This document shows, piece by piece, positions 36,701-48,700 of a stretch of DNA of 64,000 bases. Both the position numbers and the translations under genes were made by a program. Position 1 is the first letter of the stretch. Each line of letters starts with the position of its first letter. The notes beneath the pieces are model-generated. The model saw nothing but the letters and a program-made list of their open reading frames with translations, was not told the origin of the DNA and did no database searches. The stretch comes from Mobula hypostoma (lineage: Eukaryota). The stretch spans positions 6,078,001 through 6,142,000 of the forward strand of contig NC_086101.1 in the NCBI RefSeq assembly GCF_963921235.1, read 5' to 3'.

Positions 36701-39700
36701 GGGTAGCCCATTATCCAGGATACAATGGAAGTGCCAACCTGCACTGAACCTGGCTTTCCCCGCAGCAGTGAGGGCTGTATGGTATTGAAAGCACTTCAGA
36801 AATCAAGAAAACATGATCCTAATAGTCCAAATGGGATATGCCCCAGCTGCTCATACAACCATCCACCACCTGCTCCCACGGACCTTGATCATGGAGCTAA
36901 GCAGGTTCTACACCTTGCCCAATGGTTACCTGCAAGATAGCGGAGGGAGGGAGTGCCTTACACTTGCTTTGCTGGAGATGTATCTCCATCCCACCATCCA
37001 ATGGACCCAAAACTGCTCACAATACTCCAAATGAAGTCTGACCAATGCCTTAAAAAGGCTCAGCATCACATCCTTGCTATTATATTCTAGTTCTCTGGAA
37101 ATGTATGCGAACATTCCATTTCATTCCCTTACCACTACCTCAAACTGCAAGTTAACCTTTAGGGAGTCCTGCACAATGACTCGCAAGGCCCTTTGCAATT
37201 CTGATTTTTGAATTTTCTCCCTGCTTTGAAAATAGTTCGCACTTTTATTTCCTCTACCAAAGTGAACAACCATACCCTACACTGTATTCCATCTGCCACT
37301 TCTTTGCCCATTCTCCTAATTTGTCTAAGTTCTCCTACAGACTCTCTGCTTCACCAGCACCACCTACCCCTCCACCTAACTTTGAAACGTCAGCAAACTT
37401 TGCCACAAAGCCATCGATTCCATTATCCAGATCACTGACATATAACATGAAGTGACGCAGCCTAACACTGATCTCTGCGTGAAACCACTGGTCACATAAT
37501 CGGACCTCTTTATTCCCACGCTCTTCCTCCTGCCAGTCAGGCAATCTTCTATCTATGCCGGTATATTTCCTGTAATTCCAAGGCCTCTGATCTTGTTAAG
37601 CAGCTTCATCTATGGCACCTTGTCAAAGGCCTTCTGAAAATCCACGTACTTAACATTCACTGATTCTTCTTTGCCTATCCTGCTGTTCAAAGAATTGAAC
37701 AGATATGTCAATCAAGATTTCCCATTGAGGAATCAATGCTGGCATTGGCCTACTTCACAATGTGCCTCAAAGTACACCAAAACAACATCTTCCCAACCAT
37801 TGAATTCACACTGACTCGCCTATACTTTCCATTCTTTTGGCTCCCTCCCTTCCTAAAGAGTACAGTGCAATTTTCCAGTCCCCTGGAACCATTCCAAAAT
37901 CCAATCATTCTTGACACATCATCAGTAATGGCTCCACAATCTTTTCAGCTATCTGTTTCAGAAACCTTTGGTGTATTTCATCTGGCCCAGGTGACTGAAA
38001 TACCTTCAAAACTTTCAGTTTCCCAAGCAACTTCTCCCTAGTAATAGAGAAGATTGATGCAAAATAATTATTAAGTTTGTCTGCCATTACTAACTCTCCA
38101 GCATCATATTCCAACAGTCCAATATCTACTCACACCTTTTTTTTTATTCTTGGTATATCTGAAAATCTTTTGATATTCTGTTTTATATTATTTGCTAGCT
38201 TATTTTTATATTTCATATTTTCTCTCCTTATCCCTTCTTACGTTGCCTTCTGTTGCATTTTTAAAGCTTCAAATCCTCTAACTTATCACTAACTTTTGCT
38301 ATATTATATGCCTTCTCTTGCTTTTCTGCGGTCCTTGACTTCCCTTTTCAGGCACAGTTGCTTCAGCCTCCCTTTAGAATATTTCTTCATACTTGGGATG
38401 TATCTTCTGAATTGTCCCCCAAAACGCCACTTATTGCTGTTCTGCTGTCATCCGCTATGGAGCATTATTACAGGAAAGCAGCATCCATTATCAGGGACCC
38501 TGCCATCAGCAAGAAGGTACAGGAGCCTCATGAATCACACCACCAGGTTCAAGAACAGTCATCACCCCTAAATCATCAGGCTCTTGAAACTGATGGAATG
38601 ACTTCACATGCTCCATCACTAAACTGTTCCCACAATCTATGGTCTCACTTTCCAGGTCTCTTATTCTCACATTCTCGATATTTATTGCTTATTTATTTGT
38701 TTTTATTCTTTCTTTTTGTATTTCCACAGTTGTCCTTTGCAAACTGGTTGTCCACCCTGTTAGTGCAGACTTCTATTTATTCTATTACAGTTATTAGATT
38801 TATTGAGTATTCCCTCAAGAAAATGAATCTCACAATTGTATACGATGACATATATAGAAACCACAGCACAGAAACGGGCCTTTTGGCCCTTCTTGGCTAT
38901 GCCGAACCATTTTCTGCCTACGGTCCCTGCACACGGACCATATCCCTCCATACACCTCCCATCCATGTATCTGTCCAATTTATTCTTAAATGTTAAAAAA
39001 GAACCCGCATTTACCACCTCATCTGGCAGCTCATTCCATACTCCCACCACTCTGTGTGAAGAAGCCCCCCCTAATGTTCCCTTTAAACTTTTCCCCCCTC
39101 ACCCTTAACCCATGTCCTCTGCTTTTTTTTCTCCCCTTGCCTCAGTGGAAAATGTAATTTAATAATACATTTACTTTGAACTTTGAATCATCCCTGATGG
39201 TGTCTCCTTCCAATCAACTTTGGCCACCTCTTCTCGCATGCCTCTGTAATTCCCTTTACTCCACAGTCATATTGATATATCTGATTTTACTATTCCCTCT
39301 CAATCTGCAGGATGAATTTTATCATATAATGATCACTGTCTACTAAGTGTTCCTTTACCTTAAGATCCCTAATCAAATTCAGTCACTACACAATGTCCAA
39401 TGTGAAATAGTTGATCCTCTTATGTGCTCAACCACCCCAAGTGGCTCTTGTATGCAGTAGAACATAGACCATAGAACTCCACAGCAATTACTGGCCTTTT
39501 GGCCCACAATGTAACCCGACCAAGTAACCTACTCTAGAAATGGCCTAGAAATTCTCTACCGCATAGCCCTCTATTTTTCTAAGCTCCATGTACCTATCTA
39601 AGAGGCTCTTAAAAGACACTATTGTATCCGCTTCCACCACTGCCGCTGGCAGTGCATTCCACACACCCACCACTCCGTGTGAAAAACATACCCCTGACAT

Positions 39701-42700
39701 CCCCTCAGTACCTATTTCCAAGCACCTTAAAATTAAGCCCCCTCATGTTAGCCATTTCAGCCCTGGGAAAAAGTTTCTGGCTATCCACACGATCAATGCC
39801 CCTCATCATCTTATACACCTCTATCAAGCCATCCCTTATCCTCCGTCACTCCAAGGAGAAAAGGGCAAGTGCACTCAACATATTCTCTTAAGATACACCC
39901 TCCAATCCAGGCAATATCCTTGTAAATCCCTCTCTGCACTCTCCCTATAGTATCCACATACTTCCTGTAGTGAGGAGACCAGAACTGAACACAGTACTCC
40001 AAGTGGGGTCTGACCAAGGTCTTATATACTGTAGCTGTAACATTAACTCATGGCACTTGACCTCAACCCCATGGTTGAAGAATGCCAACACACCATATGC
40101 CTTCTTAACAACACTGTCAACCTGTGCAGCAGCTTCGAGTGCCCTATGAACAAGGACCCCAAAAACTCCAGATGCTCCACACTGCCAAGAGTCTTACCAT
40201 TAATATTATATTCTGTCTTCAAATTGGACCTACCAAATGAACCACTTCACACTTATTTGAGTTGAAGTCTATTTGCCACTTCTCAGCCCAGTTCTGCATC
40301 CTATTGATGTTCTGCTGTAACCTCTGACAACCCTCCAAACTATCCACAACACCCTCAACCTTTGGTCATCAGCAAACTTACTAACCCACCCTTCTACTTC
40401 TTCATCCAGGTCATTTATAAAGATCACAAAGAGGAGGGATCCCAGAACAGATCTTTGCAGAACACCACAGATCATCGACCTCCATGCAGAATATGAACCA
40501 TCTACAACCACCCTTTGTCTAATGTAACCCTACTTTTTAAAAAAGGAGGGAGAGAGAAACCGGGGAATTATAGACCGGTTAGCCTAACGTCGGTGGTGGG
40601 GAAACTGCTGGAGTCAGTTATCAAGGATGTGATAACAGCACATTTGGAAAGCGGTGAAATGATCGGACAAAGTCAGCATGGATTTGTGAAAGGAAAATCA
40701 TGTCTGACGAATCTCATAGAATTTTTTGAGGATGTAACTAGTAGAGTGGATAGGGGAGAACCAGTGGATGTGGTATATTTGGATTTTCAAAAGGCTTTTG
40801 ACAAGGTCCCACACAGGAGATTAGTGTGCAAACTTAAAGCACACGGTATTGGGGGTAAGGTATTGGTGTGGGTGGAGAATTGGTTAGCAGACAGGAAGCA
40901 AAGACTGGGAATAAACGGGACCTTTTCAGAATGGCAGGCGGTGACTAGTGGGGTACCACAAGGCTCAGTGCTGGGACCCCAGTTGTTTACAATATATATT
41001 AATGACTTGGATGAGGGAATTAAATGCAGCATCTCCAAGTTTGTGGATGACACGAAGCTGGGTGGCAGTGTTAGCAGTGAGGAGGATGCTAAGAGGATGC
41101 AGGGTGACTTGGATAGGTTGGGTGAGTGGGCAAACTCATGGCAGATGCAATTTAATGTGGATAAATGTGAAGTTATCCACTTTGGTGGCAAAAATAGGAA
41201 AACAGAATATTATCTGAATGGTGGCCGATTAGGAAAAGGGGAGGTGCAACGAGACCTGGGTGTCATTATACACCAGTCATTGAAAGTGGGCATGCAGGTA
41301 CAGCAGGCGGTGAAAAAGGCGAATGGTATGCTGGCATTTATAGCGAGAGGATTCGAGTACAGGAGCAGGGAGGTACTACTGCAGTTGTACAAGGCCTTGG
41401 TGAGACCACACCTGGAGTATTGTGTGCAGTTTTGGTCCCCTAATCTGAGGAAAGACATCTTTGCCATAGAGGGAGTACAAAGAAGGTTCACCAGATTGAT
41501 TCCTGGGATGGCAGGACTTTCATATGAAGAAAGACTGGATGAACTGGGCTTGTACTCGTTGGAATTTAGAAGATTGAGGGGGGATCTGATTGAAACGTAT
41601 AAAATCCTAAAGGGATTGGACAGGCTAGATGCAGGAAGATTGTTCCCGATGTTGGGGAAGTCCAGAACGAGGGGTCACAGTTTGAGGATAAAGGGGAAGC
41701 CTTTTAGGACCGAGATTAGGAAAAACTTCTTCACACAGAGAGTGGTGAATCTGTCGAATTCTTTGCCACAGGAAACTGTTGAGGCCAGTTCATTGGCTAT
41801 ATTTAAGAGGGAGTTAGATATGGCCCTTGTGGCTACGGGGGTCAGGGGGTATGGAGGGAAGGCTGGGGCGGGGTTCTGAGTTGGATGATCAGCCATGATC
41901 ATAATAAATGGCGGTGCAGGCTCGAAGGGCCGAATGGCCTACTCCTGCACCTATTTTCTATGTTTCTATGTCTTCAGTGGGCAAGCCAATTCTAGATCCA
42001 CAAAGCAGGGGCTCCTTGGATCCCATGCCTCCTTACTTTCTGAAGGGCCCTTGCATGAGGAACCTTATCAAATACCTTACTGTAATCCATATACACTACA
42101 TCCACTGCTCTACCTTCATCAATGTCTTTTGTTACATCCTTAAAGAATACAATCAGGCTCAAAAGGAATGACCTGCCCTTGACAAAGCCCTGCTGACTAT
42201 CCCTAATCAGATTATGTCTCTCCAAATGCTCATAAATTCTGCCTCTCAGGATCTTCTCCAACAACTTGCCCACCTCTGAGGTCCGACTCACTGGACTATA
42301 ATGTCCTTGGATATATCTACTCCCTTTCTTGAACAAGGGAACAACATTTGCAACCCTCCAATCCTCCGGTACTTCTTCCGTCCCTATTGATGATGCAAAA
42401 ATCATGGCAAGTGGCTCGGCAATCTCCTCCCTTGCTTCCCACCGTAGCCTGGAGTATATTTCATCCAGTCCCGGTGACTTATCTAACTTAATGCCTTTCA
42501 AAATTCCAGCACATCCTCTTTCTTAATGTCAATATGCTCAAGCATTTCAGTCCGCTGTAAGTCATACCCAAAATTGCCAAGGTCTTTTTTCCCTGGTGAA
42601 TACTGAAGCAAAGTATTCATTAAATACTTCCGCTACCTCCTCCGACTCCAAGCACATGTTTCCACTATCGCACCTGATTGGTCCTATTCTCACATGGCTC

Positions 42701-45700
42701 ATCCGCTTGCTCTCACATACATGTAGAATGCCTTGGGGTTTTCCGTAATCCTGCTCACCAAGGCTTTCTCAGGGCCCCTTCTGGCTCTCCTAATTCTATT
42801 CCTAACCTCCTTCCAAGTAACTTGTAATTTTCTAGAGCTCTAACAGTATCTAGTTTCTTGAACCTTTCATAAGCTTTTCTTCTTAACTAGATTTTCTACA
42901 TCCTTTGTACACCATGGTTCTTTAACCCTACCATCCTTTCCCTGCCTCAAGGGAACATACCTATGCAGAACTCCATGCAAATTTTCCCTGAATATTTGCA
43001 ACATTTCTGCCGTGCATTTCCCTGAGAACATCTGCTCCCAATTTATGCTCCCAATTTCCTGCCTAATAGCATCATATTTCGCCCTACCCTCATTAAAAGT
43101 TTTCCCAAATTGTCTGTTCCTATCCCTCTCCAGTGTTATGGTGAAGGAGACAGAGTTGTGGTCGCAACCACCAAAATGCTGTTCCACTGAGAGATCTGAC
43201 ACCTGACCAGGTTCATTTCCCAATACCAGATCAAGTACAGTCTCTCCTCTAGTTGACTTATTGTGCCAAGAAACCTTCCTGAACACACCTAACAAACCCA
43301 TCTAAACCCTTGCGCTAAGGAGATGCCAATCAATATTAGGAAAGTTAAAATGTCCCATCACAACAACCGCGTTATTACTGCACCATACCAGAATCTGCCT
43401 CCCTACCTGCTCCTCGATATCCCTGTTAATATTGGGAGGTCTATAAAAACACCAAGTAGAGTTATTGCCCCTTTCCTGTTTCTGACTTCCACCCACACTG
43501 ACTCAGTAAAACCATCCTTCCATGAATTTCTCCTTTTCTGCAGCCATGACACTACCCCTAATTAGTAATGCCACACCCCCACCTCTTTTCCCTCTGTCTT
43601 TGTGCTTTGTGAAACATCTAAAGCACTCAGTAGTCATTTCTGCTCCTGAGGTATCCAAGTATCTGTAATGGCTACAACATTACAGTTCCATGTATTGATC
43701 CATGCTCTAAGTTCACTCTACAAATTCTATATCTTATGCTTCAGCCCAAATAAATTTTCCCAGCCCATCTGCATATTGAAATCCCCCATAATTATCGGAA
43801 CATTGCCCTTATTACATGCCTTTTCTATCTTCCATTGTAATGTATATCCCATATCCTGGCTACTGTTTGGAGGAATGTATCTAACTCCCAATAGGGTCTT
43901 TTTACCTTTGCAGTTTCTTAGCTCTACCCACAAGAATTCTACACCTATGTCATCTCTTTCTGAGGATTTGATTTCAATTTTTACCAACAGAGCCTACCTG
44001 CCAGCCCTTTCAATGTATTGTGTATCCTTGGATGTTAAGCTCCCAACTATGATTTTCTTTCAGCCATGATTCAGTGATGCCCATAATGTCATACCTACCA
44101 ATCTCTAACTGCACTACAAGATCATCTACCTAGTGCATTCAAATATAACACCTTCAGTCCTGTATTGGTCACTCTTTTTAATTTTGCCCCGTTCCACTGT
44201 AGCTCATCCCACCGACTGCAATTCTACCCCACCATCTTTCTTCCGCACAGTCCCACTACACAATGCATCAACTTGTATATCAACTGCCCCATCCTCAGCC
44301 CTATCACTTCGGTCCCCATCCCCTTCTAAATTAGGGATTTTCCCCAGAGAGGGTATGTGAAGAACAAGAGTGCAGAGGTTTAAGATCAGAGGCGATGGAT
44401 TTAAAAGGGACATCAGGAACATTTTCTTCACACAAAGGGTGGTGCATATTTGGAATGAGCTGCAAGAAATAAGCAACATTTAAAAGAATCTACAGTAGAT
44501 AGTACATAGATTGAAGAGTTTTATAGGGCTATGGACCAAATGTGAGCAGGTGGCACCAGCTCACTGGGCAACACAGTCAGCATGGACATTGGGCCAAATG
44601 TAGGACACCCTGACTCAAATATGTCAACCTAAGGATAGATGTGGTCATCAACAAAAGGAGATGGGGGAGGTTTTAAATAAATATTTCCCAGGGAGAGCAA
44701 TGAAACTATGGAATTAAGGAACATGAACAGTAGTGTCTTGGAACATATCACAGTGCAAAAGCGAAGGTGCTAGAAGTATCAGAGGTTAATGAGCCCCAAA
44801 CCGTGATCTGCTCTGTCTGAGTACCTTAAGACTAGGGAACGAATTCAGGGCCCTGTCAGATATATTTGCTTCACATTTCACCCCATGTGAGGTGCTGGAA
44901 GACAGGAGGGTGACTCAGATGGTGCCTTGAGTTCAGAAGGACTGGAAGGGCAAGCCAGGGAACTCCAGGCCACTGAGCCTAACATCAGTGATGGGAAAAT
45001 TACTGGAACGGATACTAAGAGACAGATTTACCAGCATTTGGAAAGGCAGGGACTGACTTGGGATAGTCAACTCTGTTTTATGCCTGGGAAATAGTGTCTC
45101 ACAAATTTAATTAGCTTTTTCTTTGACAAGCTGACAGAAAGGAATGTTGAGAATAGGGTGGTAGACATTGTGTACATAAACTTCTCATTCTTTTTCTCCG
45201 TCTTGTTTTACGGCGGTTGGCACCCAGCTTAACGGTGCATTACCGCCACCTTCTGCTCCAGAGTGTGCAACAGACTTACATTCTAAATCCCATCTCTCTC
45301 TCTCTCTCACTCTCACTCTCACTCTCACACCCTAACCTCCACTTTATCCTCCCATCTTTGGCCGTCCTAGTATCCTATTCCTGCTTATCCATCATATCCT
45401 ATAAAAAACCCCTGTACCCCTTAAGAAAGCTAGAAATACCCTGACTTGTGCTCTCTCACCCATGCCCAGCAACCCTTTTAATGTGAATTCCTGCACCCCC
45501 AATTCCCTTAAATTAATTCTCATCATCTCTCTCTGTATCCCATACTTCCTGCAACTCAGAACTACATGTTCTACTGACTCCTCTTAGAAACATAGAAAAT
45601 AGGTGCAGGAGTAGGCTATTCGGCCCTTCGAGCCTGCACCGCCATTTATTATGATCATGGCTGATCATCCAACTCAGAACCCTGCACCAGCCTTCCCTCC

Positions 45701-48700
45701 ATACCCCCTGATCCCCGTAGCCACAAGGGCCATATCTAACTCCCTCTTAAATATAGCCAATGAACTGGCCTCAACTGTTTCCTGTGGCAGAGAATTCCAC
45801 AGATTCACCACTCTCTGTGTGAAGACGTTTTTCCTAATCTCGGTCCTAAAAGGCTTCCCCTTTATCCTCAAACTGTGACCCCTCGTTCTGGACTTCCCCA
45901 ACATCGGGAACAATCTTCCTGCATCTAGCCTGTCCAACCCCTTTAGGATTTTATACGTTTCAATCAGATCCCCCCTCAATCTTCTAAATTTCAACGAATA
46001 CAAGCCCAGTTCATCCAGTCTTTCTTCATATGAAAGTCCTGCCATTCCCAGGAATCAATCTGGTGAACCTTCTTTGTACTCCCTCCATGGCAAGGATATC
46101 TTTCCTCAGATTAGGGGACCAAAACTGCACACAATACTCCAGGTGTGGTCTCACCAAGGCCTTGTACAACTGCAGTAGTACCTCCCTGCTCCTGTACTCG
46201 AATCCTCTTGCTATAAATGCCAGCATACCATTTGCCTTTTTCACCGCCTGCTGTACCTGCATGCCCACTTTCAATGACTGGTGTATAATGACACCCAGGT
46301 CTCGTTGCACCTCCCCTTTTCCTAATCGGCCACCATTCAGATAATAATCTGTTTTCCTATTTTTGCCACCAAAGTGGATAACTTCACATTTAACCACATT
46401 AAATTGCATCTGCCATGAATTTGCCCACTCACCCAACCTATCCAAGTCACCCTGCATCCTCTTAGCATCCTCCTCACAGCTAACACTGCCGCCCAGCTTC
46501 GTGTCATCCACAAACTTGGAGATGCTGCATTTAATTCCCTCATCCAAGTCATTAATATATATTGTAAACAACTGGGGTCCCAGCACTGAGCCTTGCGGTA
46601 CCCCACTAGTCACTGCCTGCCATTCTGAAAAGGTCCCGTTTATTCCCAGTCTTTGCTTCCTGTCTGCTAACCAATTCTCTATCCACATCAATACCTCTTC
46701 CTGACATTCCTCACACAATCCTGCCTGGTGTTTCCCTATCATTTTCAATATTTTGTTTAATGCACAGTGCCCCAGCATTAACCTAGTCCACACAGTTTCC
46801 TCTCTTCTGTATCCACCACCTACCCTAGTACCCACAACACTTTTTTGTATTTGATATAAATGTCTCCCTTTCCCCTCCCTGTCTCATCTTTCTTGCCACA
46901 TTTGGTTGATTTGTTTCCCAGATTACACACTTAACCTCTGCTTTACTGATACTAATGTGCATTTCTATATTTTCTTCCTTTAACATCCTCTTTGCCAACT
47001 CATCCACCCTCTCATTCCCTTTCACCCTTACATGTGCTGGAACACACAGAAATTTTATCTGACCTCCCTGATTTGTAATTCTCGTGACTGACTGAAGGAC
47101 TTCATAAAGTACATCTTGCCGACTGTTTGAGTGAAAAGACCTTAAACTTGCTGGAACTGAGGATGAATCTGAACATATCAACACTTTGACTTGTCTAGCT
47201 TTCTCCACCCATCACAATGCAACCAACACTGCCAGCATCTCCACTGTAAACACCCCTAACTTATTAGGTGTTCTTCTGCTGATTCCAATTTCTTTTGCTA
47301 GTATAGCCACCCCAAACCCTGTCAGTCCTGTTTCAGGTTCCTTAGCACCATCCATATAAATCTGAGTATAATCACTATACTTTTCCATCACATGACAGTT
47401 AAATGCACTTACCAAATCAGTTTTATATTTTCCTTTCCTTTTTACCTCTAACAAATGCCAGTCCATGTCAGGTCATACAAGCTTCCATGGAGCTACAACC
47501 GGGTAAACTACTAAAGGACTTATCCTCAGATCAAACACTCCACATTCTTTAGCAATATCGTTCCCAACGCGACTAAAGTTATCCCTCTGAAACCTCCCAT
47601 TTTCCCAGCACTCCTGCAACACTCCTTTTGCAGGGTGAGAATCATTGTGCCCCTGCAAATTAGCCCAGTAGTTTGCCATCAATTGCATTCTTCTTAGTTC
47701 CAAAGGCACTCCTCCCATTTCTACCTGTAGGGCTGACACTGGTGATGTTTTAAAAGCCAAACTGGACACTCTCAAAGGCCTGAGCCTGAATCACATCCAG
47801 TTTCCTTATAAGAGACCTAGCTGCTGATCAACACAGCTCTTACTAAAGCCACGTACATTCTCTTCAACGCTGAATAACTTGCTCCCCATTCCCTACCAGT
47901 CAAATATCTCATCACATTTATTACTTTTTCACATTTCTCCTCAACTTTCCTGATATGGTCTGCCCATGTTAATCGTGAATCAAATATAACTCCCAGAAAT
48001 TTAAATGATCCGACCCTTGCTAATTCAATCCCATACATCCTTAACTTCTTCCCTACCTCAATTCTTTTCCTGGTGAAAAATACAGTTTGAATTTTTTCTA
48101 CTGAAAATCTACATCCCCAATCATAACCCCACTCCACCACTTCATCAATTGTTCCTTATAGTTTCCTGATTATATGCTCCATGTTCCTGCCTCTTTTCCA
48201 CAAGGCCCCATCATCCGCAAACAGTGATCTACCTATATCCACTGGTACCTTTGTGAAGACATCATTGATCATAATGATGAAAAGTAACGGGCTAATCACA
48301 CTACCTTGAGGTGTGCCATTTTCCACTATGTACTGTTTTGATAATTCTGATCCAATCCGAACTTGAATTTTTCTACCAAGCAAAAAATCTTTAATCCAAT
48401 TAAAAAATCTCCCACCAACCCCCATCTTATGTAGTTTAATTAACAATCCTTCCTTCCACATCATATCATAGGCTTTTTCAATGTCAAAAACACTGCAACT
48501 ACTGACTCTTTATTTGCCTGGGCCTTCCTTATTTCAGTCTCTAACCTTATCAGTGAATTCATGGAATTCCTTCCCTTCCTAAAACCACTCTGATAACTTG
48601 CCAGCATTCCCCTCTTCTCAAGCTCATACGATAACCGTTCTGTTATCATCCATTCCATTAGCTTACATACATTTGATGTTAATGCTATTGGTCTGTAGCT

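Noticed and set aside
40515..41879. 454-aa intact ORF as a domesticated host RT gene
   Set aside because: No ATG start, 5'-truncated, has a TSD and tail, and has a near-identical twin, so it is a young CR1 insertion
45292..45329. (CT)n and other microsatellites / poly-G tracts (also 23158-23182, 9763-9776)
   Set aside because: Ordinary simple repeats within TE-derived or intronic sequence
46026..46835. Apparent zinc-finger-RT fusion ORF
   Set aside because: Chance in-frame junction of the Nimb C-terminus and the nested CR1 at TSD cctctt
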